NCBI RefSeq assembly: GCF_030684315.1
Contig: NC_081396.1
Location: forward strand, 4,030,001-4,094,000
Direction of reading: 5' to 3'
Length of the DNA: 64,000 nt
Source of the DNA: Stegostoma tigrinum
Lineage: Eukaryota
The notes below the pieces were generated by a model that saw nothing but the letters and a program-made list of their open reading frames with translations, had not been told where the DNA came from and made no database searches. Numbering within the stretch: the first letter of the stretch is position 1; each line of letters starts with the position of its first letter. A program made the translations under genes and the position numbers. This document shows, in pieces, positions 38,520-52,230 of the stretch.

Positions 38520-41500
38520 AATTTGAATTAAATGAAAGTCTGGAATGGAAAAAGTAAATCTAACGGCAACAATGTAACCAGAGTCAATCGGAAATTCATA
38601 AATAGCCGGTTTGATCATGTTCATTAGAAAGGAAATCTGCAGCCATCACTTGGTCTCGCCTTCTTGCGACTTCAGAAGCACAGTAATATAAATGATTGCT
38701 TTCTGGAGTGGTCTTGGCAAACTACTGAATGGGTGGCTAAGAATAATAACTCATTCTTGCTGAGCCAACAAATGTCGACATTCCCTAAATGAATAAAATA
38801 AAACAGAAAAGTGACTAAAACTCACTAAGCTATGCCAATTAATTTAAATTGCTGTGGCAGGTCCTAATGTCGTTTCAAGCATTTTTAATGAGAATCCTAA
38901 TACAAACTTTGAGCTATGTTGAGTTCTTGGACAGGTTCTGATTAAAACGGATTAAAGTACAATGAACAGGATGTTCGAAGTAAATGCAGTCACGCAGAAA
39001 CGTTTCCTTGGCTGTGACTTCAGACACCCATGACTGAATTCTTATCCTATATTAAACTGATAATATTGTACTTATCTTTTTGTAAATAAATAACATCTGT
39101 AGCATTTAATGAACAAGAAATTTGTACTCAATTCTGCTAACTGTCAACATTCATAAATAAACTTGTTTTGATTTGAAACTTACAGATAAATAGCTTTGTT
39201 CATCTGCATTTGTCTCTACAAACACTTCTTTGAAACCACTGAAGCGTTTGTGTAAATAAATACAGAAATAGAACACTCAGAAGAGATTACAGAGCGACAA
39301 AAAACGAAATTTATCCTTTCCCACAAACACAGCACAATCTTTGAACACTAACTGACGTAAATGTGTTTTAAAACATATTGTTTTATGAGTGTACAATCAA
39401 AGTGGTATCCATTTTCACGTTTAGCAAAAATGTGCATCTCGAATTACAAGATAGATTGGCACAGCCAATGTTTCTGTATCTGCCCTTGTCTATCTCTCTT
39501 CCTCTCTTGCCATCCGGTTTTCTTGCTTTCTCCGTTTTTTTTGTCATGTGACGATGTCTTTTCCCTCTCCACCATCAGAAATTGTTTTCCTCCATAGCAT
39601 GAAGCTAACGAATAACTAACATATCCTCTTCGTCCAATTGATGTGTCGACATTTGAGTACCTGGAGCAAGGTTTTTTTCCAAAATCTGTCTTTGATTATC
39701 CAGCAATCTGCAAGTTCTTAACGGGAACAGATAAGTTGTCTTCAAAAATGACCTAATCTGACATGTATCCAAGCTGTGAGGCTTTTCTGTGATCGTGTTG
39801 AAATGGATTTTCATTGTGTCTCACCAGTATTTCACATGGCTGAAGAATGTTTGATGGCTCAGTTCCATACACGTTTCGTCCATAATTAATCTTTACTGCA
39901 TATCTTATGGAATGTTGAAAATTAAAGTGAAATGGGTGGTTACTCCCATTCGAGAATGTGGTGTACATCCTGGGAGCATTTGTTTCAAGGGGAATGTTGA
40001 ATAGAGTCCCACTCCGCTTCTGAGTCATACTATATTTTACTTGATCGTGTTAATTTGAATAAAATAGAGGGATATTTCTTCTGAATGTACTGCGTCTGTG
40101 CAATCACTGCCAGCATCTGTTGCAACAATGTAAAAAATTCTTTAATTCTTACCATTGTTTTCCTGATTTCGTAATGTCAGAAATATCATGGACAAATTCT
40201 CGCATCAAACTTTTGTGTTACAAATTTCTGTCTTCTGTTTGTAGAGCTACATAATAAATGATATGTTTAATATGTGTACATCCCTTGCCGAAAGGCCAGT
40301 AGTGTGTGCGACAGGGGAGGTTATGTGATTTTAATTTGTGTTTAACCTTATCTGCTTGTTTTGCTTTATTTGATATACATTTAGCAACAGTAAAGATATA
40401 GAAGGTTAGTGATTGCATTCGAGAAAGAATGCAATCACACCAAAGTCGGGGAGTGAAGATCTATGGATGATGTATGGCAATGTTGTTTTTTTTTCGTGAG
40501 GAATTGAACGTGATGAGCCCGGCTACTATTCTAAAACATGAAACACAGGGGAAATATGAATGAGGCATATAATAATTCTCAAATGACCAACATAGAGCAA
40601 ATGACATTAGTGATGCCAGAAGAATTGGAACCAGAAGTAGATATTCTTCTGCTACAGATTGTTCTTCCATTCAACGACATCATGTTGAACATTTAATCCT
40701 CACCTCCATATTTCAGCCTTGTCCTTGCGTGCTTTGGTTCTATGACCAATTCAACATCTGTCCTTTTCGCGTTGAACAAACATAACAATCCACCTACGAC
40801 AGCCTTCAGCAATAAAGAATTTCACAGATTCATGATATTTTGGGAGAGGGAATTCTCGTCTGCCTTAAATTTCTGATCTCTATTTTAGAAACAATACCCT
40901 TTGCTCCTAAATTCTATCACAAAGGAAATAACATTTCTTAAACAATGAATTTCCTGACAAATAATACATCTTTCAATGTGTCATCATGCAACATTCAACA
41001 TTCCATTGAGAACAGGTCCTGAAATACTCAACCTTCACTACCAAGACAGTCCTTACATCCTCGGGGTCACATGTCGATTATTTCGCATTCCACTGTATCT
41101 TCTCTTCGATACAAAGCCCAAAGCAAGTCCCGGCATTCCATCTGTTGTGTGACTCGTGCTCGTGTAGTTTTGACAAGGTGTATAATTTCATAGGATCGTA
41201 TTGTACAAACAAAACCTTTCAGTCTATCTTATTTACATGGCTGAGAGATCCCAATCTAACTTAACACCACTTGTAAGCATTTGGTCCACATTTCTCTCAA
41301 TTCTTCGCGTTCAGATATCCATCCAGGATCCTTGTAAATGTTGTAATTCTGTACATCTACATCACTTCCTCTGGCAGCCAATTCCATACACGCAGCACAC
41401 TGTGCATGAAAAAAAAACAAAGTAAAATCACTGGCAGATCCTATTTAAACATTTACCCTCCCACCTTAATAGAATGCTTATGAGTTTTGTACTCACACAC

Positions 41501-42110
41501 GCCAAAATAATGCCTTGTCTATTCAATCAAAGTCTCTTGTGATTTTATAAATCTCAAAAGGGTCATATCTCAGCCTCCGACGCTGCAGTGGAAAGTCTAT
41601 TTCGCCCCTGCCGACAGCGAAATACTACAGGTCCAGCATCACCCTCGTGAATCTTACCTTCACTCTCTCAAATTTAACAAAATCCTACCCATGTAAGTGC
41701 GACTACACTTGTGTGACGTATTCCAAAGTTTCTCACATGAATGTCCTACACAGCTGCAACATGATATCACAACTCCTACACACAAAGTCGTGACCAATGA
41801 AGCAAAATGTGCCAAATGTTTCATTCACCTTCGAGCACAGACACAACTTTGAAAGTCCGATCATTCCATGATGACCATAATCCCAATGTAAACACATGCT
41901 GACACTGGGCCCATATCCGAATGAAGCTTTCTTATTCAGTTCTCATCCAAATGTTTCCAATTTTTTAAAACTGCACTTGTATGGACCGCTTCCTCTGGAA
42001 GTTCATTCCACAAATGAACCAATCACTGTGTGAAAGAAAATGTCCTCGTGTCATTTCTAAATCTTTCTCCTCTAACCTTAAAAATATGCAATTTGGTTTT
42101 GAACCACACC
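38520..42110 (+). repeat. Segmental duplication copy B
   Basis: See copy A; homology resumes briefly at about 44300 after a CR1 insertion. Confidence 0.85.
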
Positions 42111-44296
42111 AACCTGATGGGAGGAGTGCATTTTTTGGGAAATGTTCGTAACTTGGGAACAGAAAATGGGAGCAGAGGCTATCATGGAAGAGTACTTTCG
42201 AAATGTGGAGATTGTTTAAAGAATGCACACTGCGTGTGCTTGATATGCTTTCCCCTTACAGGCAGGGAAACTGTGGTCGACAGAGGGAACGTTGATTCTC
42301 AAGAGAGATCAAATGACTGGTTAAGAGGAAGAAGGATGCTTACATAAGATTTAGCAAAAACGAATTGTCGGAAACGGCTTGCGAGGGATACAGGTTGGTC
42401 AGGAAGGAACTTAAGAAAGTGTGTAGCAAAGCTAAAAGGGGACTGGTGAAAACCTTGGCAGACAGGATAAAGGAAAACTCCAAGGGTTTTTACATGCACA
42501 GGAGCAATAAAAGAATGACCAGAGAAACTGTAGGGCCGATCGATGACTGTAAAAAGAATTTATGCACGGAACCTAAAGAAATAGGAGAGGTCCTCAATAA
42601 ATGATTTTCTTTGGTATTCACAACTGAGAGGGACTTACTTGCAGGGAATGACGGTATGAAACACATTGATCGGCGAGAGGACATGGACGTTCGAAAGCAA
42701 GATGTACTGGGAATTTTGAGGAACTTAACGATAGATAACTCCCCTGAGCCTGATGGAATTTATCCAAGGCATCTATGGGAAGCGAGGGAAGAAATCACAA
42801 GGCCTTTGGCGATGCTCTTTTCACCCGCACTTTCCACAGATATAGTACTGGAAGATTGGAGAGGGGCAAACGGCATTCGTTTGTTCATAAAAGGGAATAG
42901 GGATAACCCCGGAAATTGCAGGTTGGTTCCCCTTACTTCAGTGGTGTTCAAATTATTGGCAATCGCTCTCAGAGCTAGTATTAATGATCAATTGGATAGG
43001 CATACTTTGATGTGTGACAGTCAGCACGGATTTGTGAGGGCTTGAAAATGCCTGTGAAGCCTTATTGAATTCTTTGAAGAATTGTCCATTCTCGTGGATG
43101 AAGGTAGAGCAGTTGCTGTGGTATGCATGGATTTATGTAATGCGTTTGATGAGGTTTCCCGTGGTAGGCTCATGCTGAAAGTAAAAAGGCTTTGGACATG
43201 GGGAGACGTAGCAGATTGGATTCAGAATTGGTTGACCCTTAGAATACAAAGGTGGTAATGAACAGAAAATAGTCAACATACTGCTTAGTTATGATTGGTG
43301 TACCACAAGGATCTGTTATGCGTCCTCTTCTATTTGTGATTTTTAAAATGAATTGGATGTAATAGTGGAAAGGTGGATTAGTAAGTTCATGGACTATCAT
43401 GAACGTGAGTTATGTTGTGGATATTGCAGACGGCTGTTCGAGGTTACAAAGTGACATTAATAAGATGCAGAGCTGGTCTGAGAAGTGGCAGATGGAGTTT
43501 AACCCTGAAGAGTGAGAGGTGAATCATTTTGGAAGGACAAACTTGAAAGCAGGGTACAGTTTTAATGGAAAGGTTCTTGGCAGTGTGGAGGAGTCAGAGG
43601 AATTTTGGGGCTCATGTTCACTTTTTCCTGAAAATTGCCACCCAGGTGGATAGAGTTGTACTGAAGGCTTACGGAGTGTTAACTTTCATTACTCGAAGGA
43701 CTGATGTCAAGACCCGTGAAGTTATGCTCCAGCTATACAAAACCCTGGTGTGGCCACGTCTGGAGTATTGTGTCCCGTTCTGGTCGCCTCATTACAGGAA
43801 AATGTGGAAGCATTAGAAAGGTGTAGAGGAGATTTACAAGGATGTTGCCTGGAATGGAGGGAAGGTCTTGGGTGGACAGATTGAGAGAGATAGGACTTTT
43901 CTCTTTGGAACGATGAAGATGAGCGGTGACTTGATGGTGTTATACAATATGTTCAGAGGTATGGATAGACTGGACAGCCAGACACTTTTTTTACCACGGT
44001 TGATGTTATCTATTACGAGGTGGCATAGTTTTAAAGTGAGTGGATGCAGATATGGTGCTGACGCCAGAGATAGATGCTGTACTCAGAGAGTGGCGGGGTG
44101 TTGAAAGCTTCGCTGGAGAGGCAAAAGCTTTTGTAATCATTAGGGGGTTTTTAAGCAGCTATTAGAATGGATTATGGTGGACTGGAGAAGGAAGGTGTAG
44201 AGGTTAGGTTAACCTTACATTTTGGTTGAATGTTTGGTACAACACCATGGGCTCCAGGCCCTGTACTGTACTGTACTGTCTTAAATTCTATGTTCT
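42110..44296 (+). mobile_element. CR1 LINE, 5'-truncated and frameshifted
   Basis: ORFs 42365, 42611 (SPEPDGIYPR..DWRGANG..SQHGFV) and 43565 (LYKTLVWPRLEYCVPFWSP); tail ctgtactgtactgtac..ttctatgttc. Confidence 0.9.
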
Positions 44297-47200
44297 CCGT
44301 TGTGCAGCCTATGAACCCTTCTTCATGATTAGCTTTGCTGATCTGACTTTTTGTTGATGATTAATGTAATGCCTTTTTCCCTCTGACTCGTTGTCTTCAG
44401 AGTATTCTCTGTCGTTATTTGTAAATATTTCCATCGCCCTATGAACTTCTTCCATCAGTGTCTTCTTACCCTTTTTATTGCTTTCTTCCACCAATATGGA
44501 TTCCACATTTTGCGAAGGCGAACTCCATGTGGAAGAAATAGTTGAGGAGTTGCCGACTTAATATCATGTTTTCCAAGAATGTCTAGTGTTGTATTGTTTC
44601 AGTGGTAGTTACCCAACTATGAAAACGTGGGATCAAGCCTGAACTTTTCCAGCGGAATGTCATCACAGGTCTGAATGTGTTGATTGAATTATCTACTGTC
44701 AGTCTTCACTTCCATCTACTGGAGGAGCACAGCCATTGCATCTCCCTTCAAAATACCAACAACAGGAATCAGATGTTGATTGACAGAGAAAGCAATTTTG
44801 CTGTTGTTCCAGTTCATTGCCGTCCACTCGTGCTCCCAGGTTTTATTTAGCACATTACTGAAAATTGAAATTAATACCATGTCAAAGTTACCATTGAGCA
44901 AAATGTGTCAATTCATTGTCACATATTTTTGTTCACCGTATTTGAGAGGAAATTGCTCAGAGAATGGTATTGCAATTATTAGAGCTTTCTTATTTCACTC
45001 AAAATATCATTCATTGCCACACATGAAAAATAATGCAGAGACACCATCTCTCAAATGTCAATGTCAATGAACCTCCAGAAAGTCATACAATCATTCATCA
45101 TCCAATCCTAATCTTTCGCAACACCTTTGTCTGTCCAACTGTTTTTTTCTCTCTTTGGGCTTTATATCCCACCCTCCCCACCTCCTTATTTTCTGCAAAC
45201 ATACTGACGTTTTGCAATCAGTTCTGATGAAGAGTCGCTGGACCAAAAACGTTAACTCCTTTTTTTTATCCCTTAACAGGTGCTGATAGTCCTGTAGAGT
45301 TTCTCCAGCAACTTTTATTTTGCTCCAGGGAGTCAAAATTTGTTGTTTGAAGTGTGTTTTTTCCACCCAATTCTTAGCACGAGATGTTGTTTTGTTCCAT
45401 GTTTGTTTGGGCATGTGTTACTGTTATTCAGTGTGTGTGGATATATCTGTATATCCATGTCTTTGTCTGCGGCCGCTTGAAGAGCATTGTACTTTCTAAA
45501 AGCCAGTTTCGTTGATTGAGGGTAAAAACATTCTCAGGTCGATTTAAAGTGTTCAACTGCTCAGATTGCCTAACTTCATGCATTGGAACTTTTATACTTC
45601 CTGAAGTGATGGATTCTTCCAAGGCATTTTCTCCCACCAATAGCTCATGTAAAGCTACAGAGTGCCAGTTATGAGTTATTTACTACAGTTTTACCATCTG
45701 AACATGATGTCTGGTCATCGTCATGGTTCATATCAAAGCAATGGAAATCTTTTGTGTCACTCTCTCAGGATCTCTTCCATGTACAGTCAATATGCGGGTT
45801 CTTTCTATCATTCTTAAGCATTCCTGAAGTGGGCCTTTCGAGGCGTTCACCGGTTGCCTGGCTTTGGTAATCTTACCATGAAGAAAGTGAATTCGCCAGC
45901 AACATGCTCCCATTCTTTTGCTATATCCAATACATATTTGTTTGATATAGGCACTCTCTATTTGATCATCTGTCGGAATTCATGAGTTTTTTTTTAACGC
46001 AACTTGATATCTCTGCATTCCAACTGGGATAGTTGATACACATTCCAATTACCCTAATAACCTCGCGTGTCTCCATTTACAAAATTAAAACTACAAAATG
46101 AAGCAAGGTGCCTTTTGACTAACCCCTCCAGGATGACAAAATGCCTTGCAGTTGCTCTGAAGCAATTCAGGTTTTCCAGATAGACCCGGCATCGAATGAT
46201 GACACTGACGGATGTTGTGATATTGAGATGTGTCCCTGACACCAATAGAGCAGGTGGACAAAGTAGCAAAGATGGCATTTGAGACTCTTTCCTTCAGTTT
46301 TACTTTTTTTGTTTCTGGGTGAATGCGGGATTGTGAGTTTTACATTCTTCTGAATATAAGATGCTTAAGTTTGGGGTAGCTGTTACTTCGGAGCTGTAGA
46401 CAGGCGCGAGTGGCATCAATGGAACAGTAAAATATCATTTCATTGAAGAGATAGAATATGATCTGGTTTGGCTCACTCACACCTGCTTCTGTGTTTTTGT
46501 TGAATTTGTTGGTGGATACAGATACTTCGGTGGAGAATGACTGGACATATTTTACAGGAATGGAAATTAATATCAAAGGTAAGAAGTGACGTTTTAGTCC
46601 CAAAAAATATACTTGATAAATGTTTCAATTAGATCAGTGCCATGATTCATCTGACCACGCCAATCATCACTGCCAAGAATAATATTGAGCTCCGTGCCTC
46701 AGAAGAAGAATGCCCGGTTGTGCTTCACATTAGATTGAGTGCAGATGACAAGTAGAAGGACATCTTGATTTGTGATGGCTCTACTTTCTTCTACAGGACA
46801 TAATACGAGCAGATAGATACAGAACCTGTGCGGCATTTCTGCATCTCTGAAGACAAAAAAGAAAATCTAGACGGCAAGTATCCAATAATTTATCCCACAA
46901 AGTTCCCAGTGATAAACCACTGAAGTTTTTGTGAGCTTTAGCAATACGAGTAGCTTCAGATTCAGTAAAACACCATAGGGACGCTGGACCAGCTGATATA
47001 GACATTTACTTCCACTCAGAAGACTGTAGGAAAGCGTCATAATATAAAGTTAAAGAATGCTGACATGTATCTGGAGTTATCAGCAGCGCTGCTGATGCCG
47101 TACAGAGTGGCAATTGAGCTACAAGCACAGCTTAATCACAACATGAGAATAATAGAATCTAGCAGCGTGAACGTAATGTCTAACTGGAGATGGGGTGGTG

Positions 47201-50189
47201 GGGGAGGTGTCAGGGAAGATTGTGAATGTGAGTTCTTTCCAAAAATTTGCACATTTCATGAAAATTTAATTTGAGCAATCTGTCTGATCTATTGAGTGCT
47301 CAATACAACACGGTAGCTCTTTACAACACATTCGAGACCATTCGATGTGTAAGTCTGCAAAAAGGAATATAACGCGACACTATACATTAAAACATACAAT
47401 TATCTGGACAGAAGAGGCCCTCCTGCCCAATGAGTCTGCACAACCAAATCGACATTGGCCCCATTTTCACGGATGAGATCCATCTCCTTCAAGAGGATAT
47501 TTCCATTGTCCATTCGTGTAGTTTTTTTTAATGGTTTTGCGCTTCACTGCCTGGTCTAATCTAACATTCGCCCTGTGCAGCTCTAAAATAACTTCCATGC
47601 CCTTACGCCCTTTAAATGTTGGATTAATCTGCCCTGCCATGCAGGGGTGACACGAAGTGCAAGGAGTGGGTCTCATCCTGACCCCTCTGTCACTCTCGAA
47701 GCGTGTGTCTGTATGGCTCCCTCACTGGGAGAAATGAGGATCAGTTTCCGAAGGGGAAGTGAACACTGATTGACGACCTGAAATTCCATTTGTATTCATT
47801 GTGTTGTTCCAGATGAAAGACTAACAGGGAAAATATCATTGAGGAGAATGCTTGAAACGTCAGAGCATACAAGGCCATGAGCCAAGTGCTGTAAACTATG
47901 ACTAGAACAGTTGGATGTTGATGAACTGCAATAACACAATGAGCTGAAGCATCTTTTTCCCATGCAAGAAAAAATGTGACGAAATGGAGATACGCATATT
48001 GGGCAAAAATGATCCATGGAGTTTAAGTTGTCAAGATTCTGCCCATTTAACAGAAACATACTATTTATGAATGAGTTCAAACACAGGAAATAAGCTGCTG
48101 AGACGTCAAAACAATATCTGTCATCCCATCTTTGTCCAGGTTAATACAAAACAAAGAACTGTGGGTGCTGGAAATCTGAAGGAAAAACTGAATTTGCTGG
48201 TGAAACTCCACGTCAGGCAGCATCTGTGTGTAGAAAACGGAGTTAATTTTTTAGATCCAGTGTTCGTTCTTCACCAATAGGTTAGTTATGCAACGCCACA
48301 TTAAAATTCTGCAGTGGTAATAATAAATCATGTTTATCAGTCGAATCAGCATTTTTTGAAATATCGAACACTCTCTCTAATCAGACTACGGCATTCAATT
48401 TTACAAACTTAAGAGAAGGCTCTAATTCTCCTGCATTTCCACTAAGGTGGTGAAAGGCTCTGCTTCAATGATTTTCTTTCTGTCACTGAACAAAGGTGTC
48501 GAATGTAGAATTGTTCCTTCCAGCACCTACTTCACTACGTGTCTCTCATTGTGTGCCATGATATCGGTGAACCCACCTCACCCTCATTTATTTTCTCTGC
48601 CTAGCTGTCATATTCCAGTTTTATTCCTTCAGATGTCCGAAACTTGTAAATCATTTGTGAGTGGAGCTGCTGAGAATTTTTTATTTACTCCCTGCCTGGA
48701 ATGGTTGAGAATTGGTTTCACTTTCTGCAGATAACACGCCTGTTACTTCAGACTGATGTGAGGAGACATTACTCCCTCAACTGATTGTGAATCTTGTCAA
48801 TTCCACATGGAATTTATTACCATCAGGAAAATAATCCACAACAATTGCAAAAATTATAGAAACAGCTTTACAGTTTGTGCAACATAATGAAGGACGATGG
48901 CAGAGAAAGGGGTTGATAAGTTCGTATTGTGTGTCATTACCATTGTACTCCTCAGTCACTCTGCATTTTATCTTGCCTCACCTCGTTATTCATACCAAAC
49001 CTGCAATGAAGAAGTTACATTGTGAGCATAGGATTTTTGAAACAGAGGCACAAAAAACAATCAATTGTTATTGTTCACAAAATAACAAGAGTCAATTGAT
49101 GGGGTACAAATCCGGGCAACCAGAATGAGAATAAGAACAGGTTTAATTCAATCACAAGAAGCACATTTAGTTAATAAATGTCTTGTTCAACGTCATGAGA
49201 TTGCTCAATGGAGGGCATTTAAGAGAAACTTGCACAAGGAACATATAATTTAAGGTAAGGATACGGATGGGTGCTTGAGCCCATGGTTTCCTATTTCTGC
49301 AGCAAAGGCCTTCATCAACTTCGCCACAATGCTGTTTGTCTGTGTTTAACCATTTGCCCTTTTCCTTCAACACTCGATCACAGTATTGCGGTGTTTGATT
49401 TTTTTGTGTCCGTCTAAATCAACAAGAGTTACAAAACTCTTGATTTCCAGGCAGTTCCCAAATAAATATTCTCGACCGAACATGCATAGAAGGAGACAAT
49501 TTTTTTCGGAATTGATACAAAACGGACATTTGTATCTGAAACCTAATGGTATGAAGGGGATTTGTTCATTCTCTCGATGACAATTAACAGTGCTAATATG
49601 CAAAATATGACCTCACAAGAAAAGCAGGGTCATTGCATGATGCCAAAACGAACTCTTACAAACTGAATGCGACACCGTCTTGTGCCTATTCATCATGTCG
49701 AAGCCAACTTCACCAGTAAAGTATCTCTCTCTAAGCTTTGAAACGATTCATATCATTGCCCTGTGTTTCAGTGTGAAAATCAGCAGCAGTGATAATCTGA
49801 TGTTCAGCAAATGTACTGTATGGAGATAAATATCTGGTCAACGGTATCAAGGATCTCTTATTCTTTGTTGGATCTTGTACACATTTACAATGATTCGATT
49901 TCATAGAATATTAAAAGGGCAAGATTTACAAACTAACCGTGACACATTAATCTGATGTAGTCGCACAATTTATCACAAAAATAACATCATTAGATTTTGA
50001 ACATGGAATGAAAAGGCCGTGATCACAGTGGGGAGAAAGTACGTGTGTTGTATTTGGACAACGCCTTATGGCATTACTGCGTCATTGAATTCCCAGCTGA
50101 GACAGGGAAATGAACTCCTCTACACAATCCCCACATTACTATCGTTTCTGTCCAGTTAGACGACATTTTTCGCAATCAGACTGAGCAGA

Positions 50190-50965
50190 AAGTACGGAAA
50201 CATGTGGATTTTGGAGAGGAATTCATTTCCCTGTCTCAGCTGGTAACTCATTCACACAGTAATCCAAGTAAAAGATCGTTAAGCTACTCAGTGTGTGGGC
50301 AAGGATTTCTTCAGTCATCTGCTCTTCTGCAAAACCATTTCAATGTTCGGACTGCGGGAAATGCCATAAAAATTACATGGGACTGCTGTGCTATCAACGT
50401 GTTCATACTTGGAAAGGCTGTTGAAATGTCCAGACTTGGCATTCCTGCAACTAGTTGACATTAGTGCGAGACGTTTTAAATATGCATGCTGTGGAAATGT
50501 CATTAAACGTCTCGGGACCTGACAAACAGTCAAGGTGCTCACATGGAAGAAAGACCTTTCAAATGCCCAATCTGTGAGGTTCGCAATTAACATCCCAGGG
50601 ACGTGATGCCCCATCCAAATGTTCACATTAATGAGTGACCTTTTAAATGTCCAGATTGTGAGAAATGCTGCAAATCCACTACGGAACATTCGTTCGCACA
50701 TTTCCTTTTTGTACTGGGGAGAGATCTTTCAGGTTGTCTCTCCTTGGAACTGGATACAGGCGATTATCTCCACTCTCAGTGGACCTGCGGGTTCACACTT
50801 GGTAGAAACCATGTATCTAACCAGTGCGAGGAAAACAGTAAGCCCACTCACCCACTGTATTGACACAGAAGAGAGGCCATACCGGGGGCAGACGTTTAAC
50901 TGCTCTGTGTGAGGTCATTGGTTCACTTACTCATCCACCCAGCTGAGAGACAACATAGGTCAAAT
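50190..50965 (+). pseudogene. Decayed C2H2 zinc-finger array (shark ZNF-type) pseudogene
   Basis: Remnants SQLVTHSHS..SYSVCGQGFLQSSALL, FQCSDCGKC..YQRVHT, PFKCPIC, FKCPDCEKC, HCIDTEERP..FNCSV; many stops and frameshifts. Confidence 0.75.
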
Positions 50966-51629
50966 TATCTCAACAACGATTCGACTTTCGCGTTAATCAA
51001 ACATAGGTCTGAAAGCAGAGATTTAATATTCTGTTAAAATTCAAACAAATCAGCTTGGCATTACAATTACTTACGTAGGTCATTTTATAATGCTCGTAAA
51101 TTCCGTTCTTTTCAAAATGGTCACCCTCTCCCTGGAAGAGTATTCATCATGGACCCAGATGAACGGAGAGCACCTCTCCATGACGAATAGCATTCCGAGG
51201 AGCAACCCATGATGACAAGGGTGCAGAATGTATTCTGGGTGCAGGAGTTCAATGCCCATTGCACCGAGTGGCCCACTGGCAGCAGTTAAAGCCCGAACCC
51301 ATCAAGCCCTCAATAACTTTGCTGCGAGAATGGATCTGCAACTTTTCAGAGGAAACCAACACATGATCGGGACAGGAAGTTGCAGATGTTCAGGAGCAGT
51401 CCCCTTGAGTGGGCAGCACTTGTCAGGGAAAAAAAATGCCTTTGAGGTAAGCCCTTACACTCTGAGGGGTGTCGTTCTCATCCACAGGACAGTTCCAAGA
51501 CCTTTTGGATCTTGTACACCTTTACATGAATGCTGAAAACTATCTGAACTTGTTCAACAACATCTCCTCCTGGTTTTGATGGCCACATTGCACATGATGG
51601 TGAGCCTTCAGAAAATTTAAGAGTAAAAC

Positions 51630-52230
51630 AAGAGACCCAAAAGAACTGCAGAAGCTGTAAGTCAGGAATAAAAGCAAAATAGATGGAAAAGCTCAGCTGG
51701 TCTGGCAGCATCTGTGGAGGAGAAAACAGAGTTAACGTTTCGGGTCCGGTGACCCGTCCTCAGAACTGATGGTGGCTGGGAAAACGTCAGTTTATATGCT
51801 AAAAATAGGGACGTGTGTGGGGTAGGAAGCAAATGTTAATGGGGACTGTTAGTGACTAAGAACAGAGGGTGTGTAGTGATAGGTTATGTGGCATCAAGGC
51901 CTGGTGTGTGGTGTGGGGAGCTGGGATATGGGAGAGTTTAGGCCCTAAATTTATTGAGCACAATATTGAGTCCGTGGGCTGAAAGGTCTCCAAACGGAAA
52001 TTGATGTGTTGCTCCTCCAGCTTGCTCTGGGCTTCACTGCAACACTGTAGAAAGCCAGAGACAGAGATGTTGGCCAAGGAGCAAGGTAGTGCTTTGAAGT
52101 GGCAGGTAATAGGTAGTTCAGGGTCTTTTTTTTTCCCAGCAGAGCGTAGATGTTCTGTGAAGCAGTCGCCAAGTCGACACTTCATTTCCCCTAGATTCTT
52201 GGGAGTGCAGGTGAAGTGTTGCATTACCTG
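51630..52230 (-). mobile_element. Penelope-like element 3' fragment
   Basis: ORF 51856-52224 GEMKCRLGDCFTEHLRS..LPITCHF..KLEEQHINFRL; terminal hammerhead motif. Confidence 0.85.
51730..51767 (-). ncRNA. Minimal type I hammerhead ribozyme
   Basis: Minus strand AGTT-CTGAGGA-c-GGGTC-accg-GACCC-GAAAC-GTT-AACT: intact core, perfect 5-bp stem II, 4-bp stem I, palindromic AACGTT stem III. Confidence 0.8.
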
